NCBI GenBank assembly: GCA_045837725.1
Contig: JBEWZL010000209.1
Coordinates: forward strand, 558,001 to 622,000
Length of the DNA: 64,000 nt
From: Vermamoeba vermiformis
Lineage: Eukaryota
Reading direction: 5' to 3'
Below the pieces are notes generated by a model that saw only the letters and a list, made by a program, of their open reading frames with translations, made no database searches and was not told the origin of the DNA. Numbering within the stretch: the stretch's first letter is position 1; each line of letters begins with the position of its first letter. The translations under genes were made by a program, and so were the position numbers. This document shows, piece by piece, positions 13,501 to 26,955 of the stretch.

Positions 13501-13882
13501 TTGAATAAAAATTAGAATTAAATTTTAAAATTATTCTTTATTAATTATTACATCGCTAACTTACGTGCATTTGTAAATTGGGTATCTAAACAATGTTTGG
13601 CCCATTTGGGGCCTAAAATTTTCGTTAATGAGAAATATAATGCTTCTCCTTTATCGCGTTCCATTTTACGGGCAGGTAGTACTTGCTTGAATTGATATAC
13701 TAGTTGGCATGCAGTTGTTGTACTTGTGGTTTCCAATTTCGAACGAAACGCGAGATCAAGACCACCAAATTTTTTTTGCACTTGAACTAACCGACACATT
13801 GTTGTTAAGTGATTCCAGCTAAACTGCGCTTTGTAACGAATCGCACAACTTGCCTACAGATCCGGGTTTATTGGAAAAATTT

Positions 13883-15821
13883 CTAAAGTACTATTGCTAG
13901 TATTAACACGTTAATCACTAATGACAGAACTGGCACGACGTGCTCTGCATTTGAAACATGAGCAGTGGGGCCGTTGTTGTTCGTGCTTGGCTCAGAAGGG
14001 TTTGAAGGGCTCGGAGACGAAGGAGACAGCGGTGTCGGCGAGATTGGATTGAAGGCATAACAACCAATGTCATAGTCACCACCTCTGATATTTCCGTCGT
14101 TATCAATCTCCGGTGCATTAGTCGAATTGCCTTTGCCAATGAACGGAGATGAACCGTTGTTCTTGAGGCGTAAATTAAAATTGTCCGGATCCACGAATAA
14201 ATCAACTAATTCTTGTCTCGTCCATCGTTTGATAGCATTGGAGTTTTCACTGGAAACTCCGTCAATGAAGCTAAACGCAGCGGCGATGTTGTTTTGAATA
14301 ATATTGCCTTCAATGCCATGTCGCTGAAGAAACGAAAATTTAATAAGAATTTGGTTTTACAACTAGGCATAGTTAACTGTGGCTAGTTACTTACAGTAGT
14401 GATCCATAAAAGGGTCGGAGTGGCACTAACGTCCATAACTGTATTGCTAACAATACGACAGTTACTGGCGTAGTACAAAGCAATGCCGTTGTAATAATTG
14501 ATCGTAGTGACCAAATTATTCTCGACAACTACGTCATATAAAGGCACGTCATAGCTCGCTGAAAAATATTCCAGGAATTAATTAAATATTTTTGATAGCT
14601 GTTTGGATCCGGATGTACTCACAAATGCCTTGAAATCCGTCGGCAAAAGGTCGGTTTTTATCTTGATCGGCAATAAAGACGTTGTTTCTAATAGTAATGT
14701 TTGAAAGGAAGCCCAAATCTCCGTTTGTAAACAACTGAAGGCCGTCTCGATGATATCCGTTATTATCTAAATTCATACTGTTCATGACCAAGTTATATTC
14801 GACAACAGTGTTGTTCATCATAATATCAAATCCGTCAATAGTGACGTAATTAAGGACATTATGCGATATGATTGTGTTCGCACTCATGCAGGTAATGCCG
14901 AATCTAAAATAATATAGTTATGTAAGGTTCATATTATCTTTTAAGAACTTTTCCGTACCTAACGTGATAGAGGTAATTATATGAAATAGTAAGACTAGTC
15001 GCTCCACGGGTAAAAATGCCACTAGCTGTAGCGTTGAGCATAAATGATTGGTTCAGATGTCGGAACGGCTCGAGAGATTCATATGAATAGATGGTATTTT
15101 GGGTGAATATAACGTCGTACAACGGTCCTAATTATATGTTAGAATGGTGCATCGGATCCGAAAAATTCGGCTAATTTTTTGTTTTTTACCTAAAAAGGTA
15201 GGTCCTTCGATGTCAACGAGGTTCATATTTAAATTAGGATTAGATGACGTGATATTAAGGCAGCGAATGAGCCAACCAGTTCCGCTAGCCATTGCAAAAG
15301 TGTCGATAATTGGAACTGCGCCAGGCTCGCCCATGAGTGTAACAGGCAATTTGTTATAGTAACCGAGGATAGTAATCCGACCATAATTACCGCTTCGTAG
15401 TACAATAACATCACCAGGTTGGATGACTCCGTTCGGATTCAATGGTTTAAATTGCGAATCTGGTACGGGAACGACTCCATTGTAGTTGTTGACTTTCATA
15501 GTCGTTGTATTCAACTGCAAGAGTACTAAAGTAAAGTTCGACCACGGACTAAAATAACGACGTTATTCAAACCAAACGAAAATGTCAAATCCGTTTTTGA
15601 TACATACTTGGCCGAACTTCCATCGCCGTTCACAGATCCATGGACAGGATCCACGTACCAAATGTTGCAATTTTCTCTATGGCAATACTGCGAGGGCGCA
15701 GCTATAGCAATAGATTAGTTTATCAAATTGAATCACGTGAATACTTACTATTGCAAACTGGATAGTACGACGCAGTTGATAAGGTCGCTAACAATAGCAA
15801 AACAGCTGCTATGGCCTTCAT
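13883..15821 (-). CDS. Secreted or GPI-anchored right-handed parallel beta-helix (pectin-lyase-like) protein with a choice-of-anchor-Q-like C-terminal region
   Basis: Signal peptide MKAIAAVLLLLATLS. WYVDPVHGSVNGDGS and PGDVIVLRSGNY motifs. Asn-ladder repeats (NTIISHN, NTVVEYN, NITIRNN) and HRDGLQ. C-terminal NLRLKNNGSSPFIGKG...DNDGNIRGGDYDIGCY, a Ser/Pro linker and a hydrophobic tail. Confidence 0.75.
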
Positions 15822-16757
15822 TTTCAACGATTTGTTAGAAAATCGAATAACGGGCTACGTTTTTATGCGTTTGTGACATGCATTGACGTTCGATTATTTC
15901 CGGAGTTTTACGGCTTTCTGCGCGATCCGGGGGTGATGCGCATGATGAAACAGCTCACCCCGAATTTGAATTGCATATTTTACTTCAGAATTTATGTATG
16001 CTAAGCGAGTACCATGGTACTTCGGGAATAAAATCTTCGTACGAGACAAAATGGTTCACACTGGCAAAACACGATTCACAAATATAGCGAGGACTTTGTT
16101 GCGCAGTGCCGACGTTATTTGCATTGCGTTTGCTAAATTTGCTTGTTGTATTGATTTCTTACCTCTTTGCTTTCTAAGCACCAACGATTTCTTTCAGAAC
16201 ATGATGGTAAATATTTACACATCTAGAAACCACGGAGACGGAGACATACACTCTCATTTCAACTGGTAAAGGGAGTGTCAGTCATCGATTTTGGTTAATT
16301 TAGTTTGTAATTTTTACAGCAGACCTATGTAATTTACACGTAAAATTATTAAAAATAATTACATTATTTCAATTAATTCTAATTTTAATATACGTGCCCT
16401 GAATTAATTGTGCTTAACTAGGCCTGCCAGTTAAAATAATTATTTCTTTGATAATTACCGGTTGATCAGGGATGCGGTCCATGGTTGCTCAACGCAGCCT
16501 CATCAGGACGTAGAACAAAGGGCATTTCGTGTTAACCATGTTCCACAATAATATCTAGAGGAATCCTGAATGTGCACTGTTACAACAACGCATTGAAACT
16601 GCTACCTGCTGAAATCTGGCGGCTGAGCATTTTGTTTTTGGCATAAATTTCTTGCTGAAGTGCTGGAGACTCGACTAACAACGTTACCAAAAATATGAGT
16701 ACGAGTAAGCCGAATTACTTAAGAGCAGATTCAAGCAGTTTATACGTTGGATAGCAC

Positions 16758-19450
16758 TTAGGGCCCACCATAAAGATCTTCAATTACTTGGGCCTCAGCA
16801 AGAAACAGCTTGCAAGTATCTACGTCGTTCGGGAGTCCCGAGTCTTGCATATTCCAATTTCTACCACAATTGTGGTAATACTCTGCAGCCTTCGTTACAA
16901 CCATTATTTGCTCTTGTGATGCAACTTCGCTGTGTAAACGACGTTTGTGGCTCCCAAACACGACCGAACGAAAAGCAAGGCGCATCATTGTTTTGCAAGC
17001 TTCTGACGCGATGTCGTAGTCGTCGGATTGGAGGTGCTGGATGACTAGCGGCAACAGTTGGCCGTCCAAACAGTTGTCGCGGATACTTCGCAGAATGAAT
17101 TCTATTGGGCTGGTAATGACCTACAAACATCATTTTTGCAGTCATAAGTATCACATGATATAATAATGCACAAACTTCAGAACACTACTTACATAATTTT
17201 CTCGTTTTTGAGTTATTTTGTCCGATTCCATTAAGAACCTTCGGAATTCCCACTTCAAGCTTGTTTCGGTGAAGTCATACATGCGCACTAAACTAGCAAA
17301 GGCTGCAAACTCCAGATCTGCAATATCTTCGTCAAATCATTTGTACAGATCGTTGTTCTACGATACTATGACTTACCCAAAGCATCAGTGCCTCTATAAA
17401 GTGCAAATTCGTGTTTTGCAAATGTGACGAAGGATGTCCAATCTTCGTCAAATTGTGGCCACAACAAGCTGAGCGACACAAGCAGCGATGCCTTCACTTT
17501 CGAGTCAGTCTCAATGTCATAGCGTTCTCGCAGTTTTGGAACCGATTCGTGCGCTGATTTTGGTAGTAAGCCCAACAGATGTGCTGCGCATCCTCGAACT
17601 AAATAAAACAACGTTAATACCAATTTACCGATTGGGATTCCTTAATGCTTACTTTTTCTCGATTCGTTGGATAATAATCTTATTATTCTTGTTAAATTTT
17701 CTGTGAATTTTTGTTCAATGGCCAACCGGATCTGCAAAATATCAGGGTATGGCCGCCATGATGCTACAAGATCCAGACCCTCAACGTTCGTTAAAAAGTA
17801 ATCGACGCGACCGGTCAGCATTTGAATGCAGAACCTCAGTATTTTGTGCTTGTCCTGGACTAACGAGGCCTCAACGAGTTCGAGAAAGAACGGCACAACG
17901 TGAGGTGTAGCTCCGTAGCATTGACCTTGATGCGTGATACTGTGCCTCAATCCCTGCAATGCAGATTCCCGTTGCTCAGGCTCCCACGATGCCAAATGAC
18001 AGAGCCTCTTGGGTACATTTTCAGCGCTGCCATAAGCGTGCTCCAATGTGCTCCAAGGCACGGAATCGATCGTTTTAAATGTTGGAAATCGTTTCGGACC
18101 CTCAGTGCCCTTATCTAAATAGTATTTTACATTAGCTGATCGATCGTCATGCGCGTTTATTTCTTACTTTCGATGAACTGCACCATTGCCTCACGCGTAC
18201 TTGGCAGGTCGTATCTAGCGAGCGTATCACACACTAAAGGATTGCTCCATATGTGGTCCATAGTAATCAACGCCGTGTATAAATCAGTGGCTAAATCAGG
18301 CAAGTCTATGATTTTAGTGCCAGGCAGTTGCGGTGAAGTGAGGGTGAAGATCAACAACATTTCAACTGCATGATGTGTCGCGTTTGTATTTCTCGGTTGT
18401 TGTTTGAGATTGCTCAGCGACTGCTCTAGAAATGTGTATTCGTGGCCTTTGAATTTACTAGCTGCGCAAGATGCAACTAGTTTCACCAAATTAACATTGA
18501 ATGAGCTCTCCCTATTAGAGGTTATTTAATAAGTATAGTCATATAACATCAAAACTTACTTAACCGCAGCTTCATATTCGCCGCACCATTTCACGTAGTC
18601 AGCTAATACTTGCACAAAAGTCGAAGTGTGATCTGATGTACGCTCCTCTTTGCCTCTGGTTATCTTTGCAGGCAATTTTAACGCAATCATCAACTTGCAC
18701 AACGATGGATCGGGCGCGTTTAAATATTGTATTGTGGCGTCACAAAACTCGTGGTCGGATAGAAATCCGCTATTCAAAATTGCCATGCCAGCTGCGACCA
18801 AACAACCCCTAATTAAATATTAGACCTATATTTTTATATCATTATTATCATACTGCGTAGTAGTGTCGACGAGTGGCAGCAGTTTGATTATCGCATCTGC
18901 CACTTGTTGATCTTCGTCCAGAAATACTTTTCTCTGTCTTAGTATGAAAAAATTGGAAACCAATCGCAAGAACTCGACATTATCTACATGACATGTTATC
19001 AAATAGCTATTTGAAAGTTGCTACTTGCCACCGAAGGTCTTGAAGAGAGAAGAGAACTGAACGTGCTTATTGACCTTCCATAGCGCTGAATTTCGAAATG
19101 GAAAATCCTTCGATATGGATATAGCGCTGTTTATGAGTCCTATTGAATAGCTTAGGAACGACAAAAATAGATCTTTCGGATGTTGAAACGAACCTCGAAG
19201 CAGATGAATCTTCTTCTCAGGAGTTTCTTCCGCATTAAAAATCTCGCGCAAGTATTTGCAAACTACTATGGTTAGATTTATTCTAATTACTTGTTGACAC
19301 TTACCGAGCCCAAATAACGAGATCAGAGTCTGGCACTCTTTCCAACTAGCAACCGCACATTTACTCACAAATTCCCGTTCTAATGCGTTAATTGCACTTT
19401 TAAAGCCTTCTGACGCCTTCTCGGTCAAAATTGAAGCGAGATTTTTTTGG
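16758..19450 (-). CDS. HEAT/ARM-like helical repeat protein, paralog 2 (5' end approximate)
   Basis: Exon ORFs from 16758 to 19428. PWSTLEHAYGSAENVPKRL...SITHQGQCYGATPHVVPFFLEL. Same exon organisation as paralog 1. Confidence 0.62.
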
Positions 19451-20237
19451 ACTGAGAAAATAAATGAAAATTAATTTTTGAAAGGTATTGAAAATTACAA
19501 TACGCTATTACTTACTGGACCTAATAAAATCAGCACCCAATAAATATTTTTGCCACCGTTTGTCAGTCGGAATCGTATCTACGGTCAGCTTCTCTTTAAT
19601 TGTCAGCTCCATTGAGTTAAAATGTGTTATGGACACTATGTTCCTTCTGTTATTATTATAAATAAATTATTGAATCTGATTGATCTAGACATGTGTTCTC
19701 AGATAATTCTGTGTCCATAAATACATGTTGAAATCCATTTCAAACGATTTATTATAAAACTGGACAGTGGATTACAATACTATCACAAGTCTAGATAAAC
19801 CACATGTGACGCACAAGTTCGAGCGAAGCTTTGATTTTCAATGGATCCGCGAAGGTAATTTTTAATTAGTCGTTGGTTACATGAATTATGGTTGCGAATT
19901 TTATAAATGGAATTTTCGGAAAATTGTCATAATTACGGGCTGCGGATGGCGTTTATCGCCGGCTGCTTAACGATCTAACAATTTTTTTGAAAACGAAATC
20001 AATTCATTATTTAAATACTGAAATCATAGAAAAACTGCGAATAACCATAAATTAGCTTACATCAGCATCAGGAAGGAGCAACAATGATTATAAAGCCACC
20101 CGAAGGAGAAAAGGGGATATTTTGTGATTTTCCCTTACTCCTTCGTAAGAAGTTTTTACGTAGCTACGCGACAACTATTTAAGACCCACCCATTCATCTA
20201 TTCTGCTCAATAGATTGCAACTCAACAGAAAGAACAA

Positions 20238-21436
20238 ATGTCGTCAGTTATCGTGTACGGTGCATCCGGTTACATTGGCCGCTATGTGGCTTATGGACTA
20301 AGAGACGGTAAGAACTGTTTATGCCTTCGTTACTATTCGAGAATAGCATTGGAGAAAAGATAACAAATAAGACTTTTGGATCCAAACAACGAACTAACAA
20401 ACATGTATCTTAAGCTGGATATCGAGTCTACGGAGTCATAAGAAAACCTGATTTTGCGTCAACTTTACTTCAGCACGAAATCTTGCCGATCGTAGTGCCG
20501 TAAGTACTTTTCAACACTTCCGACAACTTAACTGACTATCCTACTTACTACAGTGATATGAAGAACCCCACTGATGAATTCAAACGAGCCCTAGTAGAGT
20601 CGATTTCGGTTGTTGATGCCAGTGGCATTAACGTGGATCTGCTCAATTACCTCGCGGAGCTGAACAAGAACGAGAAGAACCGCAACTACCAACATCAGTA
20701 CATCGGAACTTCTGGCATGTTGGTGCATGACGGAGCTGATTATGTCGCCACCGAAAGAAAGCGTCCTTTCTCACCGATCCCTTTACTCATGGAGCGGATC
20801 CTGCTCGAAGACCGTGTTATGGGAGAAGACATCAATGGCGTCGTAATGAGACCAGGAGCGGTGTACGGATTGGACGGCAATCTCAGCGGACCAATTCCGA
20901 GACTTAACGAACGCACGTTTCTGATTGGTCAAAACGACGAGCTCAAAATTTACGGCAAACGCGATAAAAAGCTTGGTGTCGTGCATATTTCCGACGCTGT
21001 AGCTGCTTATGTGTTGGCAGTCGAACAAGGTGTCCGTGGCAAGGTAAGTTACAGAACCTTCCTTGTTCAATACTATCAGCTATAACAACGATGGTCGTAT
21101 TAGGTCTACGATATCGCTTCGGAATCTGTTTCGTACGATCAACTTCGCATTGCCACCGCAAAAGCTAGTGGTTGGAAAGGCAACGTGAAGTACGTCGACA
21201 TCAACGACACTCCACCAGAGCTCTTCTTGTAAGTGCCTCCTATAAGTTCATATTCATGATTATTAATGATGCGCAATTACAGTGAGAAGTGGATGGACAA
21301 ATCGATCCTTGCCGTTGGCACGAAACTTCGCAAAGAATTGGGCTGGAATCCAAAGCGCATTGGCTTGGTGCACGAGGTGGACATTTACTATCGTGCCTTC
21401 GTAGCTCAACGTCAAGTCTCTGCTCATACGCAATAA
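20238..21436 (+). CDS. NAD(P)-dependent epimerase/dehydratase (atypical SDR)
   Basis: N-terminal VIVYGASGYIG Rossmann motif, YIGTSG, VMRPGAVYG, VHISDAVAAY, KLRKELGW.P. Five exons spliced to TAA at 21436. Confidence 0.85.
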
Positions 21437-21597
21437 GCACCTTAGCAGAAGAAATTGTGAGATCCATGACGCATCTCTAACCCTTTAATTTTTAGTCAGT
21501 CCAAACGATAAACATTAAAAAAACAGTTTTCTTTATTAATCCATGTTTGCAGCATTAGATCAACAGTTTCTTTGTCGTATGTACATGAATAAGGCGA

Positions 21598-24500
21598 TTA
21601 TAGTTTGTTGTCTGTTGCCTTCCAGAATTTAATACTACCATTCAAACATGTTGAAGCCAACAAATCCTTGCCGTATGAAAGCGATGATAATGAAGTCTCG
21701 TGTGCCTATTTATAATGCCGTTAGTCATTGTTCAAACAATAACAGTATTAGGCAGCTCGATCTTCGTGCTAGAGATCTCATCTGAAACAGATTTTAGGCT
21801 GAGCTTACCTTAACAGCCACGGCCTTATCGCTGTTCATAAAGTCCCAGACGTGAATTTGCATGTAACCTCCAATATAAATTTTGTTTCTAGTAGACAAAG
21901 TTAGTTCGTGTTCGGATGCGCGGTCAGAAGCTTGATCCTAGAGCACTTACTCATTAGTATAAACACATGCTTGAAGTTTACGAGGCAATTTCGTTGTTTT
22001 GATGTGCTCAAAGTTGTTATTGGACGCATCCCACACCTTGACAACATCGTCTGAGATCGTGACTAGCCTATCACCCTGCAGAACCACCAGTTAGCCTACT
22101 GATAGAGGAGAGTATAGGAAGGGTGTACATACATTAGGCGACCATGTAATGGCGTTAATTGGTTTGTCATGAGCATCGCCAATGGTGCGCAGTTCTCGCT
22201 CGGTCGTGACATCCAAAATCTTGACCACCGTGTCATAACCTGCAGCGACTGTGTCACCACTGTGCGACTGGAATCGGGCAATCTTCTTAGCCGCGCCTTC
22301 GATCCATGACGAAGAGTTCTGTTCTTGCAAGTTCCAGAACCTAGTTGACAGGTTGTCAGATCAAAAGCCCGCCATCTGGATGTGACCGTTACGCTTACCT
22401 GAGAATACCGCCACTGTCAGAACTAGCCATCAGATAGGGTGTTCGTGGATGGAAATCGATGCTTGTAGCATTGAAAGTCTGATTATCGCTTTGGCTAGAA
22501 ATGAAAGGAAGATCAGACCGCGAGAACCAAAAACACATCTACAAAACTTACATTGCAGGCATCTTCAACGTCAAATGAATAGACTTTGTCTCGAGTCTGT
22601 ATCCCAAATACGAATCGTTTCTTAAAAACAAATGCTGTTAGTACTCCGATCTTAAGTCATTGCAAAAATTCGTGACTTACGATCTTGCGCGCAAGTAGCA
22701 ACGTATTTGGAAATAATAGGCGAGAACCGAACATCGACCACAGAGTACGTGTGTCCTTCAAATGTCATCGCAGGCTCGCGTCTTTCAACGTTCCAAATGG
22801 TGACTTTCTTGTCTTGACCTGCTGTGGCGAGCAACGATCCGTCCAAGTTGAAGTGCGAGGCCAATATTTTGTGCGGATATGTGATCGAGCCGAGCTCTTC
22901 TAACTTAGCTTCTTGCTCTGTTTGCACTGAGTAGTTGTCATCGCCAGTCTCTAAGAGCGAGTCGAGCAAATTTTCGTTCTTGTTCGAGTCATCGTTGCCC
23001 ATGTCGAGGAAACTTGACACGTCTGAGTCTTGCGACGGCTTCATTTCAACATCATTCGGCATCATCATTGGATTGCTCATGTTTGGGTTGTAATACTATA
23101 GAGAATTAGTCAGCAACAGATCCAAAAAGATTTGACACGTGTCACACTTACGCCATATTCCATTCCATTGCTCATTTGACCCTTTGGCATGCCGGGCATT
23201 GGTCCGCCCATATTCATTCCAGGAGGCATGCCCATAGTTGGCATGAAACGTTGGCCGTTAGGCTGACCGGGCGGCATGTACATCGTTGGTGGTCGGCCGC
23301 CTGGCGCAGGTTGACCTGGTCCGCCTGGTCGTCCGCCCATTTGAGCCATCTTCGCGTACTCTTCGGCACTTGGTCGGTTTGACATGTATCCTCCTGGGGG
23401 CATGCCTGGTTGAGGAGGTTGACCAGTGGAAGGTGGCACGGGCATTGGTCCGCCTGAGAGTGGACCTGCAGGAGCTCCTGGAGGTGACATTCCTGGGCCT
23501 GGCATTGGACCGCCAGGAATTGGACCTGAAGAGCCTCTCATTGGCCGTCGTGGTTGAGCTGCACCCTTTGCGGAGCCGCCTGTACTGCCAGTTGGTGTTG
23601 AAGGTCCTGATTGATCCATTGGACCTGCGCCGGGTTGCGACGATGCTCCGCCTTGATTAGATTGTTGTGTGCCGCTTGCGTTCATGCGAATTCTTGTGAC
23701 TGGCCCGCCTTGGTTCGCCGAGGGATTACTCCCATTACTGTCGCCTGTGGGTTGAAACATTTCAGGATTTGACGAGCTCATGGTGCCGGGAGTGCTTGGC
23801 GTGTTCGGAGCGCTGCCCATCGCATTGGGTGAGTTCACATTCTCGTGTCCCATGTACGGTGAGAATTTGGGTTGTCCTCCAGGGATCCCTGGCGCCCCCT
23901 TGGGGTAGTTTGGCATTCTCATTCCGTAAGGACCTGGTCCTGACCCGCCATGAGTTGGATGTGTCGGCATTCCTGGTGAGCCGCCTGGAGGCATTCCAGG
24001 ACCGCCTTGCATTTGTGAAGGATTCTGCATGCCAGGATAAGGCATCATACCACCAGGACCCGCCGAACCAGGGCCCATATTTGGTGGTTGACCAGGAGGT
24101 GCAGGTCCGCGAGAGACGCGAAGATTACGACCTGGACCTGATTGTCCTTGGTGACCGCCCATGTCTTGAGGGTTACCACCAGGGATGTTTCCCGCTTGAG
24201 GGTTATTCATGCCCCAACCACCCTCCTGAGCCATCCCCGGGCCATCCCTCGAAGGAGGCTGGGTTGTTGGCTGTTTGGCCCACGACCCTTTGGGTACTTG
24301 AGTGGGACCAGGGGGGAAATTGGATGGCTGAGGCAGCTGCTGGTTTCCCTGCATATTGCTAAACATTTCGTGAGGCATGTTGGGGTTTCCAGTCATCGAA
24401 GGTCCACCGGGACCTCCTCCTTGGCCACCAGGGCCAGCGTTACCATGAGGCGACGCGGGAGTAACGTTCATTGGTTGACCAGGATTTGGCATGCCAGGTG

Positions 24501-26345
24501 AGTTTGGGATGCCGCCAGGAGCGCCAGACATGTTTGAGAAATCTTTTGATGATCGCTGTGCACGAGACCGTTAGTGTCAGTCTAGCTTGAATAATCGATA
24601 GAACGAACCTTTTGCATGCGTGTCGCAGGACCCTTTGGTTGCATAGGGCCAGGACCTTGATTCATTTGAGGCGGGTAACCGGGAACAGGGCCGCCTGGTG
24701 CGCCTCCTTGACCAGGAGCTCCACCAGGGCCGGGCATTGGACCACGAGGGGGCATGTTAGGGTTAACGCCCATTGGGCCGCCTTGACCCATGTTCATGTT
24801 CATCTCATTTGGATTGAAGAAACCTTGTGGTGCATTTGGATTGCCTGATGGACCGGGGCCGCCAGGGCCTGTCGGGAACCCGCTTGCGCCAGCCCAAGGA
24901 CTACCAGGGCCTGCACCCGGGATTGGTCCCGAGGCACTGCTTCGATGTCCGGGCATACCACCAGGGGCCATGCTCGTGGGTCCTCCAGGAGCGCCAGGAC
25001 CGCTGGGCATGTTCATTGGCGCGCCTGGACCTCCAGGGGCACCAGGGCCCATTTGAAATGATCCAGGAGCACCAGGACCTCCAACTTGCGGACCTGCTGG
25101 CCCTCCAGTGGTCGGGTCTAACATGGTAGGTGGCATTCGATTTGACGGCGGGTATGGCACACCGGGTGGCATGCCAGGGCCGGGTCCTCCAGGACCATCA
25201 CGTCTGGGTCCTCCTGGCACCTTAAAATAGTAAAGATTAGCTTGGTATTCCTAGCAACACGATCAGACATTGATGGGTGTGTCGTTTTGTGCTTGGATAA
25301 AATTTAAAAATACAAATCGAGCAGGCGTAAGTAGGGCGTAAACGTCGGAGAGGTGATCCGATTCGTGGTAAAAGCATAAATGGGTATAATAGCTCTCATG
25401 TGACTACACATATAACATAACATCACATTTAAGTTATATTGCACGGTCACATTGAGGTTTCGCGATTTTTGCGCTTATTGCATAATTCTTTTGCCAGACT
25501 AAAAAATCCCTACGCCTTAACGGTTAAATTTACAATAAAATGCGTATTATTGTGACCGAGTTGAATAGCAGATAATTTGAGGATGGTGAAAAAAAAACAC
25601 CAAATCTAGCAGATTTTGCGACATGCGGAAAAATGATCAACTATCGCTTCTGCCGCTTTGTAAAGTAATAAAAATGGGCAACCAATATTATTTATATCGT
25701 ATTGGCTATTTGCAACGGTCAAACGGTGGTTTCTGTCAAGCACAAGGGCACGATCAAAAATAATTGATTACTGTCTGAGCACCTCTCGAACCACAAAAAT
25801 CCGTTCAATATTAAAAAAACAAACCGACAATAATTATAGAGGATTTTCTGTATTTTAGAATAAAAGCTTACTTGGTCTGCCATGAAAGGGGGATTCCCAT
25901 TGAAAGGTTGCCTTGGCTGCCAACCGACGGTCGAACCTCGTTGTCGTTGCATCTATATAATATAATTTTGAGCATTGGGCATGAAAATCGAGCAAAATCA
26001 ACGAGCTCAATGTAAAATCTCGTTATATCCATACATCAACGTAGGCCTTCGCGTCAGGTGACGACGTCTTCTTAGTCCTCGCGCTAAATACATCCCAAAA
26101 TACCGACCACCACTCCAAGAGAAAACCTCCTGGGGCACTGATTAGAACGGGATCGTGAGGCACTTGCGCTTCTTTCTGAAAAATATTGGCGCTCTTCTCT
26201 AGACCCTTCTTCCTCAGATAGTCCAGAATATATGCGTTCAGCCTATTATTTAATTATTAATTAATTAACTCGGGTGATTATCCCGTTGCAAAGGGATTAA
26301 GGATGCTCACATCTGGTCTGCTTCCCACTTGCTGGTTCCTGACAT
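21598..26345 (-). CDS. LEUNIG-like transcriptional corepressor (LisH/LUFS + Pro/Gly/Met/Gln-rich region + WD40 repeats)
   Basis: Spliced N-terminus WEADQMLNAYILDYLRKK...SAPGGFLLEWWSVFWDVFSAR (LUFS domain). About 700 aa of low-complexity sequence. C-terminal WD40 repeats (LLATAGQDKKVTIWN, FEGHTYSVVDVRFSP, AHDKPINAITW, GSIKFWK). Confidence 0.85.
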
Positions 26346-26955
26346 GTAAGCGCAGTAGTGCTAATTAACGCATAATATTTACAAAACTCAACTCTTGTTG
26401 ACGATCTGAACGATAAAGAAAAATAATTTCTTGACAGAAAACAAAATTAAAAGTCAACTCCGCCTGTCATTCTTGTTGACTCGCCCTTGGTAGCAGAAAA
26501 CAGAGAGAATGCTATTTGTTAAAGAGCATATGATGTAGTGCCCGTGCGGGTCTCAAAAGGAAGTTTAAAAAGGCCGTGATCTACGCGAATTTAAATTGAG
26601 CTTCCCTCTCGTGCTTCGTTAAAAATTCAATTACCAGTGGTGTTTGGGGATTATTTTACTTATTTTCAGACGAGTAATCCGTCAATTGACTCGAGTTCGT
26701 CGTAGATGATCTTCGTGGCATGCTCTTCTTTTATCTCAAATGGTCCAAAGGGTAATATGATGTAAATGAATACATCCCTTTACGCTTATGTGGCCAACTC
26801 TAGGCAGATTAATTGCCATTTTCACAATCACTCATGCTTTTACCGTTACTTGACGCCGGTATTGCAAGGAAATTGCTTTGTTCTTGTAATTTTGCTCGTG
26901 CTAGCACCACTACCACTGACCAAATCAATAATGCGAGGTGGTAAATGTAGGCACA

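Noticed and set aside
23110-25220. Collagen-like or tandem-repeat array in the Pro/Gly-rich region
   Set aside because: There is no sustained Gly-X-Y period or DNA repeat unit. It is the low-complexity linker of the LEUNIG-like gene.
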